From positions 1-23,040 of the forward strand of contig JBNJGY010000033.1 of assembly GCA_051748045.1 (NCBI GenBank): a stretch of 23,040 bases of DNA, in the 5' to 3' direction. Numbering within the stretch: position 1 is the stretch's first letter; every line of letters starts with the position of its first letter. The stretch comes from Thermotogota bacterium. Lineage in GTDB: Bacteria > Thermotogota > Thermotogae > Petrotogales > Petrotogaceae. Below the pieces are notes generated by a model that did not search any database, was not told where the DNA came from, and was given only the letters and a program-made list of their open reading frames with translations. This document shows, piece after piece, positions 18,238 through 23,040 of the stretch. The position numbers and the translations under genes are program-made.

Positions 18238-18873
18238 CTAAATTTGTATATTTGCCTTTGGAAAAGTTATATTGAAATCTTCTATTCTAATGCTAAAAAG
18301 TCTTTTTTGATTTCTAACATCAGGGAAAAGAGTCGGGTTTGATCTTAAGTCATTTATTTTTGCGAATCTGGCTTTTCCCTTTCCAGAGAATTTTGTATAG
18401 AAATCTTTTTTGTTATACCTTTGAATTAGTGGGAAAGATAGTAATTTTGTTGATATTGGAAATTTAAATGAGCTATAATCAGCGTTAAAATTAAAAATAT
18501 CAATTCCTTCGACATCCACAGAAATTTTTGAAAAATCATCGTTAAAATTAAAATTGGCAAGTTGCTTTGGTATTCCCCAGTTTTCTCTTCCGTTTACTAC
18601 ACTTTCCATAGAAGAAACATAAATTTTTGTTATAGAGTAAGATTTTCTACCATTATAATCAAATTTCCCTGGAATGAATAATAGCTCTTGATAAGGGCCA
18701 ACATTTGATTCATGATAATCAATCAACATTATAGCGCCAAATCCACCTCTAAAACTATAATTTAGAAAAGGTGGTAAAAAACATTCATTTTGAACAAAAT
18801 TTTTATTGAATTTATATATTAAAATATACCCTCTCCCTTTTAAGTTCCAAGGGGCTAAAACTCTTTCAATCAT
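18238..18873 (-). CDS. Acetoacetate decarboxylase superfamily protein
   Basis: APWNLKG N-terminus, DYHESNVGPYQELL, IYVSS...GRENWGIPKQLA with the Schiff-base Lys. Confidence 0.8.
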   Translation of the reverse strand: MIERVLAPWNLKGRGYILIYKFNKNFVQNECFLPPFLNYSFRGGFGAIMLIDYHESNVGPYQELLFIPGKFDYNGRKSYSITKIYVSSMESVVNGRENWGIPKQLANFNFNDDFSKISVDVEGIDIFNFNADYSSFKFPISTKLLSFPLIQRYNKKDFYTKFSGKGKARFAKINDLRSNPTLFPDVRNQKRLFSIRIEDFNITFPKANIQI

Positions 18874-18917
18874 ATTATCACCTAAAATCTAATTTTATAC
18901 TTATATTATATAATAAA

Positions 18918-18942
18918 AAGCGAATCTATGATAGATTCGCTT
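18918..18942 (-). terminator. Intrinsic terminator of the secreted hypothetical gene
   Basis: AAGCGAATCTAT-G-ATAGATTCGCTT (12-1-12), ending in a T-run on the minus strand, 6 nt after the stop at 18949. Confidence 0.8.
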
Positions 18943-18948
18943 AAATAA

Positions 18949-19377
18949 TTAAATATCATCTTTTTTTATTTTATCAATTTTCCCATCAATTCCAACAAAA
19001 ATATGTGCCTCTTTTGAATTCTTTATAAGGATTTCTATTTTATAAAATCCTGAGTCTAGATTATATTTTTCTTTTTCATAAATTTTATTATCTGATTCTT
19101 CGAAAATTAAATTATTTTCTGAATCTAAAAGTCTAACTTCCAAAATATCCTTTTTAGTTTTAGCCATAATAAACAATTTTATATCCTGCCTATTTCCCAA
19201 GTTAAACTCTTTTTCGATTAATTTTGAACTTTCATTAGAACTACTTTCATGAAAAGTCCAGCTAGAATTATACTTCATCTTAGCAAAAAATAGTTCCATA
19301 TCCTCAAAAAAACCAAAACTAAAAACACTAGTACCTATAATTCCAATAACCATTATTAATAATACTACTTTTTTCAT
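18949..19377 (-). CDS. Hypothetical secreted protein, probably beta-sandwich
   Basis: Signal peptide MKKVVLLIMVIGIIGTSVFS; GGAGG 7 nt upstream of ATG 19377; own promoter and terminator; no family recognised. Confidence 0.75.
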   Translation of the reverse strand: MKKVVLLIMVIGIIGTSVFSFGFFEDMELFFAKMKYNSSWTFHESSSNESSKLIEKEFNLGNRQDIKLFIMAKTKKDILEVRLLDSENNLIFEESDNKIYEKEKYNLDSGFYKIEILIKNSKEAHIFVGIDGKIDKIKKDDI

Positions 19378-19416
19378 TTTCATCCCTCCACCTGGGTACA
19401 TCTATTGTTATATTTA

Positions 19417-19425
19417 ATTATAACA
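19417..19425 (-). promoter_or_regulatory. Extended -10 promoter of the secreted hypothetical gene
   Basis: Minus strand TGTTATAAT. Confidence 0.55.
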
Positions 19426-19517
19426 CTATAATTATAATTTTATTTTTTTAAGAATAGGTTAATTTATTTATAATAAATAGTAACTTTATAACTTCTTGAA
19501 AATTATAAAAAATCATT

Positions 19518-19545
19518 TTGAAATTTTACATAAATTTTATATAAT
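19518..19545 (+). promoter_or_regulatory. Sigma70-type promoter of crtP overlapped by 11-bp direct repeats
   Basis: TTGAAA (19518-19523), 16 nt, TATAAT (19540-19545); AAATTTTACAT/AAATTTTATAT tandem at 19521-19542. Confidence 0.5.
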
Positions 19546-19576
19546 TGAATGTAAGAAAAATTAGGGAGGGATAAAA

Positions 19577-21058
19577 TTGTCTAAAAAAGTTATAGTAGTT
19601 GGGGCTGGTTTAGGAGGTCTTTCAGCAGCAATTTCTTTAGCTGAAGAAGGGTATGATGTAGAAGTTTTTGAGAAGAACGATAAAATTGGTGGTAAGTTGA
19701 ATATAATGGAAAGAGAAGGATTTACTTTTGATTTGGGGCCATCTATTTTAACAATGCCTCATATTTTTAACAATCTTTTTGAAAAAGTAGGGAAAAAATT
19801 TGAAGATTATGTTCCTATTAAACAGCTGACTCATGAATGGAGATCTTTTTTTGAAGATGGGACAATTATTGATTTATACAACGATTTAGATGAAATGGGA
19901 GAAAAAAATCAATCATTAACAAAAAAGGATATAAAGGGCTTAAAAGAATATTTAGAATATACAAAAAAGATTTATAACTTAACAGAAGAAGGATACTTTG
20001 AAAAAGGTTTAGATACTATGTCAGATGTTTTAGGGCATTATGGAATTTTTAAGTCTCTATTTGGATTAGATTATTTTAAAACTATGCATCAAAGAGTAGG
20101 AAAGTTTTTAGATAATGAAAATCTAATTCATATGATGGATTTTTTTATAAAATACGTCGGTTCTTCACCTTATCACGCTCCAGCAGTTTTAAACCTTCTT
20201 TTCTATGTACAAAATGAATTTGGACTATGGTATGTAGATGGCGGTATGTATAACATAGCTGAAGGACTCAAAAAACTTATGAATGAACTAGGAGTGAAAG
20301 TGAATCTTAATTCAGAAGTAGTAAGGATGAATAAAACAAACGGAAAGATTAAATCTATAAAACTAAAAAATGGTGAAGAATATGAAGCAGATATTTTCGT
20401 TTCTAATATGGAAGTTATTCCAGCTTATGAAAATTTAATTGAAGAAAACTCGAAAATGTTAGATAAATATAAAGAAAAATTTGAACCAGCCTGTTCGGGA
20501 TTAGTTCTTCATTTAGGAGTTAAAAAGAAATATGATATATTGAATCACCATAATTTCTTTTTCTCAAAAGATCCAGAACATCATTTTGAATCAGTTTTTA
20601 AAAAATATCAGTTGCCAAGTGATCCAACAATATATCTTGTGGCTTCTGCGAAAACAGACTCAGGTCAAGCACCAGAAGGATATGAAAATATAAAGGTTCT
20701 TCCACATATTCCATATATTCAAGATAATCCTTTTTCAAAAGAGCAATATTTAGAATTGAGAGAAAATGTGCTTAAAAAATTAGAAAGAATGGGTTTAACT
20801 GATTTGAGAGAAAACATAGTGGTAGAAGAAATGTGGACGCCTCATGATATAAAAGATTTATACTATTCAAATAGAGGGGCAATTTATGGAGTTGTTTCAG
20901 ACAAAAAAACAAACAGAGGATTTAAAGCGCCAAAAGAATCAGAGAAATACGATAATCTCTTTTTTGTTGGAGGTAGTGTAAATCCAGGTGGAGGAATGCC
21001 AATGGTTGTTTTATCAGGACAACAAGTTAGAGATAAAATAGTAAAAAAATTTAGATAA
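19577..21058 (+). CDS. crtP: Phytoene desaturase family flavoprotein, CrtP/CrtNb type (C30 diapocarotenoid oxidase)
   Basis: FAD motif GAGLGGL; DLGPSILTMP, FIKYVGSS, SNMEVIP, ENIKVLPHIPYIQD, SNRGAIYGVV and GGSVNPGGGMPMVVLSGQQV follow Staphylococcus CrtP as I recall it; TTG start with GGAGG RBS. Confidence 0.85.
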   Translation: MSKKVIVVGAGLGGLSAAISLAEEGYDVEVFEKNDKIGGKLNIMEREGFTFDLGPSILTMPHIFNNLFEKVGKKFEDYVPIKQLTHEWRSFFEDGTIIDLYNDLDEMGEKNQSLTKKDIKGLKEYLEYTKKIYNLTEEGYFEKGLDTMSDVLGHYGIFKSLFGLDYFKTMHQRVGKFLDNENLIHMMDFFIKYVGSSPYHAPAVLNLLFYVQNEFGLWYVDGGMYNIAEGLKKLMNELGVKVNLNSEVVRMNKTNGKIKSIKLKNGEEYEADIFVSNMEVIPAYENLIEENSKMLDKYKEKFEPACSGLVLHLGVKKKYDILNHHNFFFSKDPEHHFESVFKKYQLPSDPTIYLVASAKTDSGQAPEGYENIKVLPHIPYIQDNPFSKEQYLELRENVLKKLERMGLTDLRENIVVEEMWTPHDIKDLYYSNRGAIYGVVSDKKTNRGFKAPKESEKYDNLFFVGGSVNPGGGMPMVVLSGQQVRDKIVKKFR

Positions 21059-21065
21059 AAATAAG

Positions 21066-21089
21066 GCTGGAAATTTAATAATTTCCAGC
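21066..21089. terminator. Bidirectional terminator between convergent crtP and betaine-binding genes
   Basis: GCTGGAAATT-TAAT-AATTTCCAGC (10-4-10) with T-rich tails on both strands. Confidence 0.75.
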
Positions 21090-21098
21090 TCTTTATAT

Positions 21099-21932
21099 TT
21101 AGTTGTTTGGTATCCAATTATTTATAATGTCCATATTTTCTTCTTTCCATTTTTTTGCTGATTCTTCTGGCTTTCCACTGTCCGAGATATAACCCATCAA
21201 TTCACCAAGTTGTTTATTATTCATAAAGAAATGATTTAAAAATTGTGCAACTTCAGGCATATCGATTATGAAATTTCTTCTTGCTAGAGTATGAATGTAC
21301 TCTTCTCTTCCAAAAACACCTTTAGGATCTTCTAAAAATTTTAAATTGAATCTTGCAAATTTCCAGTGTGGTGCCCAACCAGTTACAACTATCCATTCTT
21401 CGTTGTCTATAGCATCTGCAAGAGAAGCAGTCATAACAGGCCCTGAACTAGTTACTTGTTCAAAATCTAAATTATACTCTTCTATAGCAGTTTCAGTTTT
21501 TCCCGCTAAAGCAGCACCAGCTTCAATTCCTATGATTTCTGAATCAAATTTTTCTTTGTGATTATTCATCTCTTCTATTGAATCTATTTCCACATATTCT
21601 GGAACGACTAAACCAATTTTTGCACCTTTATAGTTATAACCTAAATCAGTTAGATCTTCTTTGAATCTATCCCAATAAGCTTTTGAAGTTACTGGTAACC
21701 AAGCATCCATGAAGGCATCAATATCACCCTGAGATAGAGAAAGATAAATAGGTCCGTTGTCTGCAATAGTAATATCAACTTCGTATCCCATTTCTTCTTC
21801 AAGAACAACTTTAGCTAAATTTGTCATGGCGATACCTTCAGCCCAGTTTCCTGTAGCCAAACTGACAGTTTCTTTAGAGAATACCATTAAGAAAGTTAGC
21901 AATACCATTGTTATTACCAATAATTTTTTCAC
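21099..21932 (-). CDS. Glycine betaine/proline ABC transporter substrate-binding protein (OpuAC/ProX family)
   Basis: Signal peptide; WAEG, DAWLP, GAKIGLVVPEY, IIGIEAGA, WIVVTGWAPHWKFAR..LKFLEDPKG; GTG start with GGAGG RBS. Confidence 0.92.
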   Translation of the reverse strand: MKKLLVITMVLLTFLMVFSKETVSLATGNWAEGIAMTNLAKVVLEEEMGYEVDITIADNGPIYLSLSQGDIDAFMDAWLPVTSKAYWDRFKEDLTDLGYNYKGAKIGLVVPEYVEIDSIEEMNNHKEKFDSEIIGIEAGAALAGKTETAIEEYNLDFEQVTSSGPVMTASLADAIDNEEWIVVTGWAPHWKFARFNLKFLEDPKGVFGREEYIHTLARRNFIIDMPEVAQFLNHFFMNNKQLGELMGYISDSGKPEESAKKWKEENMDIINNWIPNN

Positions 21933-21980
21933 TTTGAAACCCCTCCCTGTAAATGATTATGAATTATTTTTAACGTTTAT

Positions 21981-21989
21981 ATCATAACA
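21981..21989 (-). promoter_or_regulatory. Possible extended -10 promoter for the betaine-binding gene
   Basis: Minus strand TGTTATGAT. Confidence 0.45.
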
Positions 21990-22056
21990 GATTATTATCA
22001 AGTCAATGATAAGTAAATGAAAAAATATTATTAAATCAGAAAAATAAAGCAATTGC

Positions 22057-22758
22057 TTAATTTTTTCTATAACCTTCAAAAAGCTTTCCACCTTCAATGT
22101 TCAATACATCATTTGTTAAAGAAATTAAAACATTTTTATTTTCATTTTTATAATATTCCTCCATAGCCATAAGGAAAATATTAGCAATTTGTTTATCAAA
22201 ATTATTTAGAGCTTTTACGCTGTATTTACCTCTTGAATCCCAGTATCCATTCACCAAAAGAGTGAACTGTTTTAATTTTTCAACCAATTCTGAAACTATA
22301 AAAAGGTTTTTAAAATAATCATCTTCCCCTTCAAAATCATCTAAAAGATTTGTTATTTCATACCTATAATCTCGAATTTCTGTTTCAGTTAATTTCTCTG
22401 GTCCTTTTTCAAAAAGACTTTTTGCTTGTTCTTTCATAATATTTATAATCTGATTATCTTTTAAAACAATGCTTTCTAAAACCATATTAGGAAGTGAAGG
22501 TCTTTTTCGTCTTGCATCTTTTTCAAAAAAATCCATATAGTTTTTATTGTTGAAAACAAAGGCTTCAATATTCCATCCAAACTCAACATAACTTTGTCTA
22601 AAAGGTGTATCCACCTCATCTGTAATAACTATTATGTCTAGATCTGATTTGTCATTATATTCTTCTCTTGCAACACTACCAGCAAGCATAGCAGCTTTAG
22701 CTTTTGGAAAGTAGTATTCAGTAAATTTATTTGCAGCTTCTATTGGTTTTTCTTTCAT
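22057..22758 (-). CDS. Pol-beta superfamily nucleotidyltransferase with C-terminal helical domain
   Basis: LAGSVAR....KSDLDII (GS...DxD) plus third acid in IEAF; AAGGAG RBS; TGTTATAAT at 22791..22783. Confidence 0.85.
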   Translation of the reverse strand: MKEKPIEAANKFTEYYFPKAKAAMLAGSVAREEYNDKSDLDIIVITDEVDTPFRQSYVEFGWNIEAFVFNNKNYMDFFEKDARRKRPSLPNMVLESIVLKDNQIINIMKEQAKSLFEKGPEKLTETEIRDYRYEITNLLDDFEGEDDYFKNLFIVSELVEKLKQFTLLVNGYWDSRGKYSVKALNNFDKQIANIFLMAMEEYYKNENKNVLISLTNDVLNIEGGKLFEGYRKN

Positions 22759-22933
22759 AAAAAATCAACTCCTTTTTTAATAATTATAACATTATAGAAA
22801 TTGATTCTCCTCTAAATGTTTTATTAAAACAATTTCGAAATATAAAAATGAAAAGTAGGTCGTTAAGTAGAAATTATTATCTAATTTCTGTTGTTAGATG
22901 CTGGTTGTTAGTAAAAAATATTGTTAAAAATAG

Positions 22934-22977
22934 CCATAGCTGTCATTTCGACTAAGCGACAGCGCATGGAGAAAACT
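22934..22977. repeat. GC-rich palindromic intergenic element, REP/RPE-like
   Basis: TGTCATTTCGACTAAGCGACAGCGCATGGAGAAAACT (22941-22977); hairpin CCAT-A-GCTGTC...GACAGC-GC-ATGG (22934-22969). One copy in the window, so repeat status is inferred from resemblance to known dispersed elements. Confidence 0.5.
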
Positions 22978-23040
22978 CATCAGTAAATTTGCAAAGCAAA
23001 TTAATAAGTAATATAAAATAATAAATAGAGCTCTTCACTA

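Noticed and set aside
183..21987. Short antisense or alternate-frame ORFs in the track (e.g. 183-458, 2127-2327, 2967-3290, 6298-6612, 6691-6990, 7853-8041, 14438-14632, 21295-21561)
   Set aside because: All overlap well-supported genes and show no recognisable motifs; typical shadow ORFs.
22038..22068. Imperfect palindrome around AAGCAATTGCTT as terminator of the nucleotidyltransferase gene
   Set aside because: Weak, mostly A-T stem overlapping the stop codon with no clear downstream U-tract; not confident enough to call.
22057..22758. MNT-HEPN toxin-antitoxin or CBASS-type defence system
   Set aside because: No partner gene, no R-x4-6-H motif, and length and motifs do not fit CD-NTases.
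22966..23002. c-di-GMP-I riboswitch suggested by GCAAAGC
   Set aside because: Lacks the GGCAAA / GNRA-capped stem / GACGCAAAGC arrangement; the bases are explained by a simple hairpin.
1..23040. CRISPR array, IS element, prophage, tRNA or rRNA
   Set aside because: No regularly spaced repeats, transposase, integrase or phage ORFs, and no intergenic GC-rich stretch long enough for a structural RNA gene.

Overview
AT-rich bacterial chromosomal window, densely coding, with 23 complete protein-coding genes plus the probable start of another at the left edge. I see no rRNA, tRNA, CRISPR array, transposase, integrase or phage gene. Gene content and style (Cys-free solute-binding-protein signal peptides ending in VFS/VFT, a TM-PAS-HD-GYP protein, a stand-alone ecfT, a short class I ManA) suggest a low-GC Thermotogota (Petrotogales-like) genome; this is inference only. 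Left to right: alpha/beta hydrolase, DEAD-box helicase, HAD phosphatase and ftsH, HD-GYP phosphodiesterase, a five-gene zinc-uptake operon (znuA - NusG domain II-like gene - zur - znuC - znuB), ABC exporter, two GNATs, clostripain-family lipoprotein, ecfT, SLT-like transglycosylase with manA, GNAT, acetoacetate-decarboxylase-family protein, secreted hypothetical protein, orphan crtP-like carotenoid oxidase, orphan glycine-betaine binding protein and a nucleotidyltransferase. The most interesting points are: (1) a cysteine-free NusG_II/DUF1312-like protein inside the znu operon, whose promoter carries tandem 7-1-7 TGCAAAT-N-ATTTGCA boxes; (2) a lone CrtP-type C30 carotenoid oxidase whose promoter is overlapped by 11-bp direct repeats fitting the CarH/LitR operator pattern; (3) a GC-rich REP/RPE-like palindromic element at the right end. 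Most of the window is ordinary housekeeping or accessory sequence, and no complete novel multi-gene system can be demonstrated from the sequence alone.
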